Notes under the pieces: model-generated
What the model was told of the DNA's origin: nothing
What the model saw: the letters and a program-made list of their open reading frames with translations, nothing else
Database searches by the model: none
Part shown: positions 1-15,200 of the stretch, piece after piece
How positions within the stretch are numbered: position 1 is the stretch's first letter
Layout of the letters: each line of letters starts with the position of its first letter
From: Acanthaster planci
Lineage: Eukaryota
DNA length: 64,000 nucleotides
Assembly: GCF_001949145.1 (NCBI RefSeq)
Contig: NW_019091358.1
Location: forward strand, 3,280,535-3,344,534
Direction: 5' to 3'
Program-made: the position numbers and the translations under genes

Positions 1-274
1 AAACTCGGGCATACAAAAGATTTAGGTCCAAGTTCATCTGAACCACCAAGCACACATCGCAGTAAAGCATGTAGTTTTTCTGAAGGACAAAATATACTAC
101 TTACTCGGGACTCAATTCTAACTTTGTCTAAATTCAATGCCCCTTTGCATTTTTACCAGCTTGAGAACATAATCTAAAACTCACTCTAGTGCTTTTAACA
201 TGGCTTTTTAAAATCTCTTCAACAGTGTCGGATTCTAATGTCCTATCGCTGATCTTAAAATTCTCCCACTGTAC

Positions 275-3200
275 CTTTCAGGTAGTGCAGGACAAAGATG
301 TTGGGGACGAACCCAATCATGTTCTGTTCACCACAACCAGTTGGGATCTTCAGGAGATGGTCAAGGTTACTGATAGTGGGGCCAAGCATGTCTCCTGTGA
401 ATTACACGATTAGAGGGAACAAAGGACGATAATTGTCAACTTTAAATAACTGAATTGAACACCAATCATATAGTGTCACTTTACTAAATACCAATAACAC
501 TGACTGGGCCTTTACCACGAGACAAAGTGTCAAAAATGGCAGTGAGAGAAGCCAGGGCACTTGACTGCCATGTTTCACACTTCTTGTTTTTACCCCATGC
601 CACTCCCCTCCCCCAATCGCTATCAACATGAGGTGGCTCACCAAATCCCACCACGGACCTCAATGCTTGGATGAAATTTTACTTTACCACACAGGTATCG
701 GCATGAAATGAACAGGGACAAAAGCCTGTGGTGTTACAGTCAAATGCCATTGCTACTGTGTATTTGATGCCCAAGCAAAGACAACACAACTTTGTGCACA
801 TTCAGACGAAAACCGGGAAAACGTTCTCGAAAGCCAGTGCTGCAGTTGAGACCTCTTATGACCATCACAAGACCCCACAAAACCATCACAAGACCTCCAG
901 TCTGAAATCAAGTCACAAGCTAGTCAAATGATGAATTACAACCATAAAAATTGTCGTCATTCACCCCGTTACTTGTGACTGGTCTTGTGAAAGGTCTCAT
1001 GATGGTCTCGACTACAACAATGTTCAAAGCACACATGCTTAGATGACTGCATGTTTGTTGGGTCCCATAAACTGGAGCTCTTACACTGAAGTGGTCACCA
1101 TTTTCTCTTCCTGTGTGGGGTCATGATGTGAAAAGGTAGTCAGGTGTCCCCTACTAACAACTAACTTTGCAGTTAAACAGCCCGGGGCATACAGTCATGC
1201 AGGGTCCACACTGCGGCTACATCCAGATCTCACGGCTGTGGCTAAAATTAACATGTGCGTCTATGGAAGGCACTGGCCAACAGCAGTGCAACTACTTTCT
1301 ACAGACAAGCGTGTTAATCCTGGCCATGGTAAGTTGACCGGGACACCCGTGACAGCCGTTCTTACCTGTGACAGTGACAACAGCCCTCTCTGATCCACTC
1401 ACATAGTTGTCTGGCAGATCCCTGAGGGAAATGACCTCTTTGTATGTGTCATCCGGATAATCTGAATAAGGTGGCAAAAAAATCAAAAGTCCAGGGGCAT
1501 CTGTCACTCTACTGAATTCAGCCTGGTTTGAAGCCTGGATGACAAATATTTATAACTAAGAAGTTTTATTTGTCTGCCTTTTTGTTTTTTTAACATTTAT
1601 AAGAAACTTTGGCCATTTCATTTCCCTGTTCTAAAACAGAAGAAACAAAAAACTGACAACTGTGAGACTCCCATGAAAAGCACAGACTCACCCTCAGGAC
1701 AAAAGTAGGCACTGAACACCTGCTCTGTCTCCACTCCTTCTGGCTGGATAATAAATAACACGCCGCAGAAAATTTTACTCTACCCGGCATCCAATGTTGA
1801 TGTTCACCAAAGTTTAAAATTCTGTACTTGTACATTCAGAGACATTTGATCTCTTGGGATCCATCAGCTTCGTAGAACCAAAATGAAACTTGTAAGCATT
1901 GAATTTCAGAGTGTGTTGAAGAGAGAGAGAGATATTATGAGCCTTTACAATCTTCAGTAAACAGGGTTTTTACAATGAACAGAGACAAATGAAAAGAACT
2001 TCAAATTTTGGTTCAGTGAAAGTTCACAAATCGTGTTATTTTGCTGATACATCTTTTTTAGCTATGACAAATCAAGTCAATATTTCTTAAGTAATGCAGC
2101 AAAAAGAAAAAAAAGAAACAAGTACATCTCTGCTGGACTTTCATCATCTCTCTTCAAAACATTTTCTAAACCAGCTAGGTGCTGCAAATGTGATTTCTTC
2201 CTATTCTTGAATTCTACCCGTCACCAGTTACAAAGCTCTACTCCTGTTCATTATTTGTGGCACCAACGGTCAAGCACGCACCTTGACCAGCAGGTGCTTT
2301 CGGATGGCGTCAGAGAATCCATTCTGACTGTTGTCCATTTCTTGTCCTCCACACCAGTTGTCGCTATCATCCACTGACACAGCATGGACTGCATTGAAAA
2401 AGTTTGGAAACTGGACTCAAATTCTTGATATGCCGCCGCTTAATGTGCGCATGCAGCATGCATGAAAGCAACTTTCTTGCTCAAACTGGCTCTGAAATCT
2501 GCGGACATGAAACACGCACCGGTTGCTTCTCCTCACTAGTAAAGCTGGAGCACAGTGGGTCCAGTCTGACTTCAGAGGCTGTTGCTAACAATGTTTACAG
2601 TAAAAAGACCACAAGTCTGTATTCTCATTCAATTTTAAATGTGCTGAGAATGAGCTGGCCTTGAAAGCCGCAGCCCTATGTAGCAATTTCCCAGACAGAA
2701 ACATAAAACAAGGTTCCTTCTAAGAATACAGCTGACTCTGTTGCAAAGAACAAATTCTGAGAATCCCAATTTCTTGAATTCTTGCATTTTTCTTTGTCTT
2801 TCCACTCCATTTACCACAATGTCCTGATTACAACAAAGTAATTTGTCAGGTCCCCGTAATTTTGTTGTAATGAGAGTTGACTGTAACTTTTTTCAAATGG
2901 GGCATTGTTGGTCACTGCTTCACAATATGGAATGGTTACGTAGTACATGTTGTCACCTTACCTTCAATTTCAATGGTGCCAATTGTGACAGTCTTGATGT
3001 AGAAAGATGAGGGGACCGACTGGCCTCCACAGACACAGACGTGCTCCTTGCGGTTCTGCTCCTCAATCTCAAAATCACTGGACGGCTGCAGAGTCAATTC
3101 CACCTGTGAAGGCAGGATGATGACATCACGCAAGCGTGCCCATTACATTGCACTTTCAAATGATTTTACAGGAGACGACCCAGGAGAGGACAGCAACATG

Positions 3201-6200
3201 GGTTAATTCTACCCCCCCCAAAGAAATTTGAAATTCAGAGACGTCTGCTCTCCTAATTTCATTTCAAAACATTCACAATCTTCACCAATATCATTTCGGT
3301 CCCCGCGTCCCAAAACATCTGCAGACGGCACAATTTCATCAACAAAGTCCTCACACAAACTATTCAATACATTCTTGAATTTTTGTCTCTTGGACAAGCT
3401 CTCAGACTTCGCTGCGCATGCAATGCTTATAAATTACGTCAGTGAAGGTCGGAACGCCATTAAAAATGACTTTTTTGCCAGCAAGTCAATGATTGGTGAG
3501 CTAAGAATTCCAAAACAAGTTAATCAACTACTCAGTTGAGGACATAAAAGTGTTTTAAAAAATGTCCACAAAATCAAATATTAACGAACTTTAGAACACT
3601 CACCACTAAGCACTTGGTGACATAGTTGAAGACCACCACAGTCATTGGAACATATTCGTTGCGAATGACCGAGTACGGAAGCGACATGTCCACGAAGAAC
3701 GGCTGGTATGCCCTGAGCCTGGTCAGGTCGGACACCCCGGCCCCGAACCGGGACGAGGTGCAGAAGCCGTGCCCGACCCACTCTGTGATGGTGTGGGGGA
3801 CCTGGACGGCAATGTCGGCCTGGCCGTCAGAGCTGCAATCAAAGAGTGAAGAAAAAGAGGGGGATACCCAGAGGGCATAGCTGCTTTATTTGGGCTCGGA
3901 GGTCAAGTTGCAGAAAGATCAACAGCCTTTAGCGATGAATCAAGATTTACAGATTTGCAGTATTTATTCCCAGTTTTAAGCATGTAATCAGCATCGGTCA
4001 GGTACCAGGAGGAGGTGAGTCATCCCAGCCCCTCCCATCCCAACAATCCACCTGCAGATAAAGAGATTTTTTGTTGGTGAATTCCAGTGGTAATGCATCC
4101 ACTGGAAAGACCTGTGCTCTTGAATTCCCAAATATTTCCCATGCCACACACACACACAAGTGTGTATTTGCCTGCAACTGGGGACCCCCTATTGTTCCTC
4201 TTTTGTTTGTACTTTAACTTTGTTAGAAGACCGCCCATATGTTTTGTACACAGTTGTCAATCGGGGACCCTCTGTCAATCGGGGACCTTATTGTCCTTTA
4301 TTGTTCAGGGTCCCCAATTGAATGCAGAAACAAACTCACACACACAAAATGATGGGCGCATGAGTTCAAGCATCGACAGAATGGTAAAAACAACGGCAGG
4401 ACTGAGGAGGAAGGGAGGATGCCTGACCTGACTCGCACCAGGCTGTACAACCAGGTCTCTGGGAAGTAGGAACGGACTTCAGGGGCCCCTCCCCTGGCCC
4501 CACCAACTTCTGCCATGGCAACGGCTTCCATGGGAGCACTTGCCATTGCTAGCATCGGCATTGCTATGGGAGCGGCCATCCCGTCCTCCATGATCATCTC
4601 CTGACGATAATCTGCAAGAAATTCATCAAAAAATGAGCAAGACTTGAACACTTCCCAAATTAACTGTAAAGGGAAAACCGACTAACGAGTGGGGAGCCCT
4701 TTTACAAGAGCTAATTTATTCCTCTTACAAAAACTGAGTTATCTGGCCTTACACTATGAACATATCTCTCCCTTAATATCCCTCAATGTACCATTTTACC
4801 CCAAACTAGTTTTCTTTTTACGGATATTCACTGGGGGATTATGGGACTAATCCTGCCACAGAGATTTCGCAGGGTTTTAAGACTATGACCCTCTCATGAT
4901 TACAATCGGCAGACCAATACTCGATGGGCAATTTAACAATCATCTTTTTTCACTAATGACTCAACAAAGGACCTTTCCGGGGGGGGGGCATTTCATGGAT
5001 GCTAATTAAATGGGTTTAAAAATCTGTAAAAAGAAAAACAGTTTAGATAAATTTACTGCAAAATGGTAAAAGGTATGTTCATTGTGGTATTATGTCGATG
5101 GTTCTTCCCACATGTTTGTTCAGGTTTGTTCAGGGTACTTGTCAGAAACCATAAACTCATTTGCCACGTAGGAAAGAGGAAACATCAGCAACGACGTAAA
5201 TCTCCAAATTCCGAACAGAGATCATCACCAGCATCGCTTTCGCCATTAAAAACTGTATTATTCCTTTGAAAATCCATCTTTGAAATAGTCGTCCACGGTA
5301 CCCGCTGCTACATATGATTCAAACCAGCCAGCTGACCCCGGCAAGCTCGGTGGTCAAGACATCTGCACTAGTAAGCAGGAGGTTGTGGGTTCGAGTTTCA
5401 CCAGAGTACATGTGGTTTTTCACAAGCCTTCGGGGGCATACACTGAGTATTCAGTGTTAAAATACACGTCGGGCAGGGCCAAAAAAAAATTCAAAAATTT
5501 ATTTACATTTTCCCGGAGCAAATCTATCTTTAAAATAGTGTGTTATTCCTGTTTCACAATTATATTTACTGCAGAAATGACTGCAAAGATGCAAAATAAT
5601 TGGCCAGTGAAAGGCACTTACATATAGGGTACATGTCCCGACAAGGCGCTGTCTCCACTTTGAGGTTTGTCAGGTATACCACACCCAGATCCTAGTGTTG
5701 GGATTAAAAGACATGGGGATGTTAGTGTCGTCAGAAATGTTAAACACACTCCAATTCAAGTGCATTTTGCTGCAAATGTTGCAGGACGTCAAAGTCACTT
5801 CGCATTTGAGATTGCCTGGAGTGTGAACCGGCTTTGAGTCTTGAAAGTAAAGAGACTTCTACATTATTTGCTGAACAGGTGGAATTCTTGGAGAACCTTC
5901 CTTTCTGTCACCTGTTTAATTCAACTCGCCCATGTTTACTTGGTGGGTTGAGGACCGGAACAAGAGAGAGTCAGACATTTTTTACCTTGAACGACTGTGA
6001 TGCGTCCTGCTCACTCGGTCCAGGGGCAAAGCCTCCAAAGAAGGATCTTCCATACCCTCCTCCGCCCTGGCACTTCTTGCTGTAAGGCTCGGCAGAGCCC
6101 CCCTCGGCTGACAGCTGTAGGTCCTCAAGCACTTTGAAGACCTGGAGGCAGGGATAAGGCCATCAGTGTGACCATTCCTACTGCTTGTGAGATCACAGTG

Positions 6201-9200
6201 CTGACAGAATAAGGCTGTGTCAGAAGTGCACATTTTGCGGCTACAGCTCCACTATTTGCCATTGGCATTACACACTAAATAGCCGTAGTCACAGGCAACA
6301 ATGTCCCTTGTGGACGCACCCCACGCCAGTTCGGTATTTAATTGTTTACATGAGCACCTCAAGGTTTGACACTTTAAATTTCAGGACGAACAATCTGCCA
6401 CACACATGCAAAGTTAGTGGAAACTGACAAAATTGACCAAAGGTCCATGTTTCGTTTTACCAAATACAAAAAAAAAAAGATCTGCAATATTGTTATGCTT
6501 TAGACTCTGTGCAAATGGCATTTCTGTCTTTTCTCAATGACTGCGTCAAAGCCTTACAGTCTGCAGATTTGGTCTCCGTCACTCCAGTACACCTGTGTAA
6601 ATTTGTCCCCTGTGCTCATCCAATATGGCAAATCTTACTGTACACATGCACAGTTGGAATAAGGGTACCAAACGGGCATTGAAGTTACCTGACACATACA
6701 AAATCGTTAGGGCTAAGCAGTGCAGGACCGAATTAAAGATAACTCTGGTACCAAATTACAGGTGGAACCTCTTTTCATTAACTCTCTTCTTTTCTTGAAG
6801 CCTTCAGTCCTCCAGCTAGTGAAGGTTTGTATAAGGACTGTTAGAGTTAGCAACTTTATAGTGTCAGGACCTATAGTCCATGTCCACTAATTGACCAAAT
6901 GACAAACTATCTGCTATATTCCAAACATTGTTTCAGAACCTAAAGTCTTTACCCATCAATGTCTCAAACCGATCAATTAGGCCATCCGCTGTGGACATCA
7001 CAGAAGCCAACCCCCAAGCTAATCACTTGCTCTACATATGTCACCCTGCTGATTTTACTCAGTACTGAAATAGCATTTTAAAAACAAAAAAAACAACCCA
7101 CTGACTGACCTTTTCTTTAGTGATGCGGTTGTCACCCCCAAGCAGGTGCACGCTCTTGTCCACGACCCCATAGGCACACAGAGAGGAAGGCTTGGCCTCA
7201 ATGTTGACGGTGGTGTTTTGGCCCGGCTGCTTCTCAAGATCAGCAAACTTGACTGCCACCTATGAGTCAGGATTCAGGGAAAAAACAATGAGGGCTTAGT
7301 TCTGCAAGGTTAAGATCTTACATTTTATAATCTGCTGTCAGCAGCACTGAGTTCAGTTAATTCCCCCACGATGGGAAAGTTCGAGCGATGACTATAGTTG
7401 ACTATAGACCGACTAGCAGCGCTCGGTGTACGGTCAGACATGTCTAGTCGACCATTTGGGACCAGGTTCAGGGGTATGGTCGCACCGCTAGTTACCAATA
7501 ACATATTTCATGGATCACTACAGAGGAAAATATTCACATGAAAATAATTGTACGAGATTTCAGTGACCTTGTTTGCTACGGGAATCGCAGCGTACACTGA
7601 AATTTGAGTAACAATGAGCTTTTTTTTAAAAAGGCCGACTGGGGTCATTCCAATGTAACTTAATACTGCATGTCCATTGTTAATAGCCACTGACTAGTGG
7701 CCTAACTATGGTTCAGGCCCGAACTTGCCCAATGACTGGTGCTGGTAAAACTGTGATAGATTTAGCACTCATGTGACTTCTCGTGCTGTCTAATGTAACT
7801 TCTTGAGCCACGACCCAGGCAGGCAACTTGGACTTTGACAAAAAAAACGAGGGAATTCCATATCTTTACAAGGCTTTGTACAGCCTTTTTCAATTATCGA
7901 TGACATGAGCGTGAAGATAGAAACGCGAAAATCGGCTGGTCCGAGGAAAAGTCACGTGCTTGCGGACCAAATATCCTACACATTGAACCAGTTAATTGGG
8001 TAAGTGTCCCACAACACAAGGCAAAATATGGTGACTAGGCCTAATCAACGCAGCGGAGGAAAGTCAACACAGTTCTGTAGGCTGCATTAAAGCTGATTAA
8101 GTTGAAGAAGTTCAGTGTGAGGAAAGTGAATGCAGGTATAGATGTCCGTTGCTTTTAACAGACTCATTCTGCAAATGTTCATTGCCACGTGACCTCCTGA
8201 TGTGGTCTCCCTGCTGTTGCTCTACCCTGAGAATCCTGAGACCATTCATCCATTAACCCGTACAGTCCCAAATCCTCCAATTTCAATACAATTTTACATA
8301 CACCCTAGGGGATTAGGGTTAATACCTATATGCGGTGCCCATGCCCGAGACAACACAGCACGGGTACACCTGTAGGTGTCGGAGAAGTAGTGAAATGCAA
8401 TGCAAGTATATCTGTGATGTAATTTTTTCATACGAATGTTGGCATAGGGCCATCATTGTGACCTCAAGATTACAATGCTTGTCGTCACATTCTTGGACAC
8501 GGTGAATTGCTTCGAATGCATATTACAGCAAGCAGGTCATGGATATTGACAAAGCACTACATTTCATAATACATTTCAAATGGACATTTATAGCCATCTG
8601 CATCCATATTCCTGGCTTCACAGTGATAAATGCAGAGAGATATGGAGGTAACCTGGGCTTAGAATTTCTCCCAAAGGAAGGAAGTTCCTTCGGACCTGGT
8701 TTTGAAAGACTTCCTCGACGGGTATGGTCACGGTGTCGGCGACCACCTCTCCGTCGTCCCGGATGTAATAGGCCATGACGGTGACAGCGGGCGACATCTC
8801 GTAGGACACCTTGAACCGACGGCGGGTGGTCTTCACCTTGCCTTTCTCCAGGATGTGGATGGGGATATCACTGGGTAGCATGTGGAGGCTGTGGGCATAT
8901 TCTGTCAAAAGAGCAACCAAAAAAAAATGCCGTCCAATCATACCGGAAATGAACCATATTCTAACAATTTGTGTCCTTCCTGAGTTACCCAAGGAGAACA
9001 TGTTTAATTTTGTTTATGAAGGCAAATTGAGTTTAAAATGCACAGGAATTGACTGCCCTACTTCAGAGGACTGGCATATTGCTGAAGTTTTAACCAGAAG
9101 TGGAAACTGCCCTTCTCCTCCCATAAGAAATGGTCTCCTTCATCCTGTTTGCTATTTTAATCGCAAGCCATTACAACTTTAAAGATGGTTGAAAATCTAA

Positions 9201-12200
9201 TTGCTTATCAAGTGTTTTCCATCACTTGGCATTGTCCACATTAAAGTAATTACACTGACACATATACACAAGGGGTTGATTTGAGGTCATGTTCTTCAAA
9301 CTCATGTTTCAGTCAGGTATTAATGAAATTGAAAGCCCAACTCAATCCTCAATACCTTTCATGCCCATTTCATCCGTTTTGACAGGATAGATCCCATACT
9401 GGCCAGGCCGGTGAAATGCATCGATTTCTTCAGGTGGAATAATGGAATGCACGTCTAGGATAATGTTGCCTCGTGCCATCATCTGGGTGACGAAGATGTA
9501 GGGAAAAGGTAAGCAAGAATTCTGAATATGTTTCCTCTAAAATTTTGATACAACTGCATCGATTCCGAGCATCATATTAGATCTTTAAATGGAAGAAATG
9601 CCACTGCAGTAGTAATTTGCTGTAATACAAACAGACATTGTGCAAAATGTTTAAACACGGTGAGGCAGAATTGCACACATTTATAGCAGCTTGCGAGGAG
9701 ATGATCTGATTACAGGAATACTTTGAAAATAATGTCAAAGCGTGCATCAGTACCAGTAATCACAAACAAAGGACACAGAGGTTTCACACTGACCAGGGTG
9801 TGAAGATGGACCCCGTTGTACTCGGGCTCTTGGCTGGTCATCCGGATAGTCAGGGTCTGGTAGGAGTCAACCTCTGCTCTCTCGTCAACCGGGTCAATGT
9901 GGATGAAACTCTTGGACGGGGAGAACTGGGCCTTCACATGACCGTAGGTGTGAGAGGTGCTCTGCGGGTCGGAGCCCAGTGAGCTGGCCTGCAACGGGGT
10001 CATGTGACAAATTTAAAGGAACATTATATACCTTTCATTCATAATTTATATCATTGACAGACGCTGTAAAATTTGAATGGTATTTTGGTTCATTTTCAGC
10101 AAAAATATCACCGACAGTGGTGATGAATCGCCTGACCTAAATATCTTAAGCAGAAGCGGGAGAACAGACACGCAGGGGCCGTTTTACCCCCTTGCACTTC
10201 TGTCCCACACCTTACAAATATTTTTTACAGTTATTATAGTTATTTTTTTTCCTTGGATTTTTAGAACCAACATCTACATAGGGTGTTAGTATGAAATTTC
10301 TGTTCTGAGCCCAGTTGGCAAAAACATTCGCGATGGTATGAGTCATTTCATTTGTGTAATTTCAGTCAGTCATGCAGTTAAAATGATCCTGATAGAGAAT
10401 TGAAAATCAGATGATGAAATGATTGCTCCAAGGACACTTTATTGCCACTCAGACTTTTGCCCACAAATTTTGTTATTACTGCTGCAAATGATCTCATTCA
10501 TTAACAAAATATCTGTGTCCATCAACCAAGAAATACATGAAATTCGGGCACAGCTATTTATTTTCAAGTTAAAATAAGCTAAACAATGTGTCAGAGCCCA
10601 ACATTTCTTTGGCCAGCCCCTAGGCTTGCCTGCAGAGAGATGTAGTCGGCATCCTGTGGCACATCTGGGATGGTGAAGAAGGCTATCCCCCTGTCATTGC
10701 TGATCACGATCTTCCTCAGCAGGTCCTCGGGCTGGCCCGCCTGGGCGATGACTTCGCCTGTTTCCCCAGCCAGCGGCTTGCCGCTCGGGTCATTGAACAG
10801 AAGCTGAAAAACGTCGGGACAGAAATCAACCAGGGAAACTGGTAAGGGTGTCGAGCTCATTCATCCAAACTACTGAGACATTTTCTTGGCAGGAAACTTC
10901 CTCAATAACCTGTCTCTTTTTTCATCACGTTTTGCCTACCAATAGCCAGTTAACTATGACTGAGCCTCAACAGTACGAAAGCAAAAGAATAGTTTTTGCC
11001 CTGTAACATGTCCTACTCAGCACATCTGTAACATTAAGCCCTAGTTTATAGATCTAACTTGGTTTGGGACTTTGAGGGTGGACAGTTAATATTTGGTCCC
11101 TGAGGTATTCAGAATGTCATTCAGTTTGTCAACTTTCAATTCAATAGACTACTCAACCAAAATAAACCATATTATATTTTTTTACACCTAATATATAATA
11201 AGTTCACCTCTGTGAAATAGAAACACAACCAGTTCAGCATAAGGCTGGTTAACAGTTACATCTGCTACCATACTTCACCCGTACAACAGTTCCTCAACTG
11301 CTTCATGAACCTTACACTAGTTCATTTGCGCATACAGTGGAACACCGCTATACCAAACATTCGGCTGTACTGAACATCACGCAAAACATCACGAAAACAG
11401 CGAATCATAGTATCACAAAAGAGGTTGCACTTCAGTTAGACAAGAGAGGGCGCTATTCAACATGGCAACGAAACATTCAGCAGTTGATTTCGCTATACCG
11501 AACGACCGCTGTACCGAACATTTAGCGTGGACCCTGTCGTGGTTGTTATAGTGGCGTTCCACTGTACGTATTTACTGACCATGCCCGAGAATGGAAGACC
11601 TGGCTTGAAGGTGGAGGGAACAGAGAACTTGAGCTCAAATGGCCTCTGGCTGATCACAATATCATCCACAGTCTTCTCAATCACAGTGCCTTTGGATGAG
11701 AAAGAAAACGTCAAACTTCCTTACGGAAACAGCAACTGCCCGAAAATATCTTACTTGAGGGGGCAGTTTGTTTACTTCTGAGAGAGAAATGTTGGTGATG
11801 ACTAGCCTGCTCATGATCTCAAATAGTGAAGGACACACTGTGTCCATACTGGTTTGCATTTGTAAATGGTGGAGAGTACTCACAGGTAACTTTCAACAGC
11901 ATGTGCACAAAATAGATGATTTTGATAAGAGGTTTGCAACAGACAGGGGCAATGGGACCAAAGTGTTCTAACAAAGAAGTATGAAATATCAGTTGAAATC
12001 CTGAAGTAGCTAATAAGAGTGAGAAACTTCAACCTTCTCAATGTCCGATGTTCCTATCACTTCAAAAGAGTTTGGAACTGTGATTTGGAGTTGTCAACTT
12101 TCCCTTTACTAAGGTCACAACCCGGAATGAGCGAGAGGACAGTCAACAAAGAAAGCTTATCCCTTTTAATCTATCATTTGTGCCCATTTTCTTTTATGAT

Positions 12201-15200
12201 GAACACCAATCCAGAGCAGCACCAAGGGCAATGTTAGTGATCTCTTTATTACGTGTTGCAGCCTCTTCAAACTCGGCTCTGATGGTCAGTTTGGTGTAGT
12301 GGGGGTTGATATAACCAACTTGTTTCCACTGAAGCTCGGACAAGTCGACTTCAAAGACATGGCAGCCATAAATGTTAGTGTTCTGAATGACAAAGGGGAA
12401 AAGGGATCCATTCTCTTTAGAAGCAGGTACATACATTGATCTGAGTAAAGCTTTGAAACAATTTCCAGACCAACTGAATAGGCTAAAGAAGATTTTGTTT
12501 AGTCCGAAATAATTTAGAGGCCGACATGATTGGTTACTTCTCTCTTACCCTAGCAAATTGGTCCATTGCTACATTTTTATTGGATGATACAGAGATGTGA
12601 AGTTTGATTGAGCCACTAACGGGCTGGCCGTGGGTGTATCTGTCAAGAAAAAGGGGGAGGGAATTTATGAAGTAAAGAATTTAAAAAAAAAAACAAACAC
12701 AAACAACCCCCCCCAAAAGAAACTGCCTTTGTTTAATGCAAGACTTCTGATCCAAGATGCAAAAGGGTCACAACCACTGTTCTAAATGGTCTTCAAACAG
12801 TTTGCTGTTTTTTTACGAACTTTTCCAAATTATCCAGTAACTATAATTTACTCAGAAAAACAGGATGGAATGTTGAAAGATGACACGGCTGCATTCTTTC
12901 TTACATTACTAATATGAGAATAATTCAAATAGTGCAAACGTAGATTTTACAATTATAAGTTGCAAAGATGCAATTCTGCACATGTGCAGCAAAGGAAAGC
13001 GGGGAAAAAAAACAATCAAATCAATCGTAAGAAAATATGCTGGCAAACAAGATTTTGTATTTGGTTGGCCTTACTTGCCGCAAACGGTGATTTCTTCCTC
13101 GCCACCAGGGACTACCACATAATCCGGCCCTTTGATCATGACTTCAAACTTGGGTAGCACTGCCGCACAGAAACAGAGGAGAGAGACAAACACAAGATTA
13201 ACAAAAAATTAAAAGTTTCACAGAAAAAATTATGCTTTGTGGCAAATATACACATCATCAGACTACTTCAACCCATTGGGTAACTGGAATGAACTACCGG
13301 TATTTTTGCCAACTCAGACGGCACACAATGAAGATCCAAACGGACAGTTTTCGATGCAATTGTGCAGTGAACTGTTGAAATCCATGGCAAGTTTTCACAT
13401 CATACTCGAGATGTGGCTATTTTGTCTCCTGAACGCTAAAATTCTCAGATGACTAAATGAAGCAGGCTCAACCATACACCAGGACCTGGGTCCAAATGGC
13501 CAACTAGACTGTCAAAATTATTGTTCAGGACACTGTGCTCAAATTTGCCCCCAAATGGGGTGGTACCACGCATGCTTCCTTTCACTTGAGACACGCGTGC
13601 ATTTAGCAAGTTGCAGCACTCTATATTGGTCAAAGAGGTATTCCACAAATTATGCAAACCACCCGTGTGTTGAGCGTGATGCTGCTGCAGTCATCACGGC
13701 TTCTGAAGGGTGCGACTGTGTATGACGGCCATTGTAAAAGTCTGGTCCCCAGATTCAGACGAGCCAACAAACAGATTTTCTCCGATGGAATATTACCGGG
13801 ACGTCATGAAAATACGCGTAGGAATTTACTGTCCATACCATATTCGCCGACCTTGAAGGTCTGCGTGAATTCTCGGTCGTGATGGCGGACCTTGATCCTC
13901 CAGTCTCCCATGGGTGGGTCCGTGGACATGGGCATGGACAGGTCAATCAGGCCATCATTGGTCTTGACAGCCAGCCACTGGGCCATGTGGATGCCAGAGG
14001 GGGACTCGATCCAGATTTTGGAGACCTTCAGGGAGAGCAGCAATTGAAAGCACTTCAGGTAAAATCTATTTCAATTGATTTATAACACAACAGTGAAATT
14101 GCAGTTAGATTAAATAAGGTCGTCTTCTTAACACGGGCAGATTTATACACTGATTCTTGCCCACATCTCTTGATTCAACCAATCTGGGCTTTAAATCTGG
14201 GTAGAACTTTCAATTCAAGTCTCAGTCTGACTCGGTTTATTTGTTTGAAATTTTTCTCTCATTTCCACAACTTTACGTTTCTCCACCGTCTTCCACATAC
14301 AGACACCACACTCACACTCCCGTGCATCTGGCAAGTAACAGCTTCCTATTGGTCTAGGAGTCATGTGATGTGCACGCGCCACCTACCCACAAGCACCGTG
14401 CTGCCACAGTAGCTGTTTCTAACTCGTGGTGAATTGCCCTCGGACTCGTGAGTTCTCCATGCCACGGTCACTTCTGACAAATGCTCATGGGTTTCACAAG
14501 GCTGTCACTACGATATTTTTCACAGAATGCCAAAGCGCAAGCCCAGGTGATCACATACTTAAAGAATGCAACTCAGGGAAAAAATGTGTATTTTTCTTTT
14601 GAATAATAACAGCACTGGGACAGATTCAAATTATTTTTAAAAAGGCACAATGGCAGATTGAAAACATTGAAGAAACACTTTTAGAATACTGTGATAGATT
14701 GTAATAGATTGTAATAGCGCTTGATCATATCACATGGTACATGGACTTAAGACCTGATTATACGACGGGACTTACCTCACTCATGTCAGGCCTCAGGTCC
14801 GACAGCAATGTTAGGACTCTGAATTGCACTGAAACAAACAAGGGGGTAAAAAAAGAGTAGTACCGAAAAAACCTACGTTAAAGGGATTCAAACCTAAAAC
14901 TAACAACAAGAGCTCCGTCCAAGTTTTGTGATAACATCTACATGCACGTCTAGGTCTTTGCCCGTTGAAAATATATGCCGTACCATGCTGGCCTGGTTTA
15001 TAGATGGGCTTGTCCGTCTCAATGAAGGTCTCCGAGTTGCAGGCGTCCAGGTAGACCTTGATACTGTCCACGATTTCAAACTCCTCACACTGCATCAAGG
15101 TCCTCTTGGCGTACATGACCAGGGTGACGGTCATCCTGGGCTTGTCAATGGGAGGCAGCTATTGGAAGGAAGAAAGGGGCCACGTTACAGCAAGCGTCGG

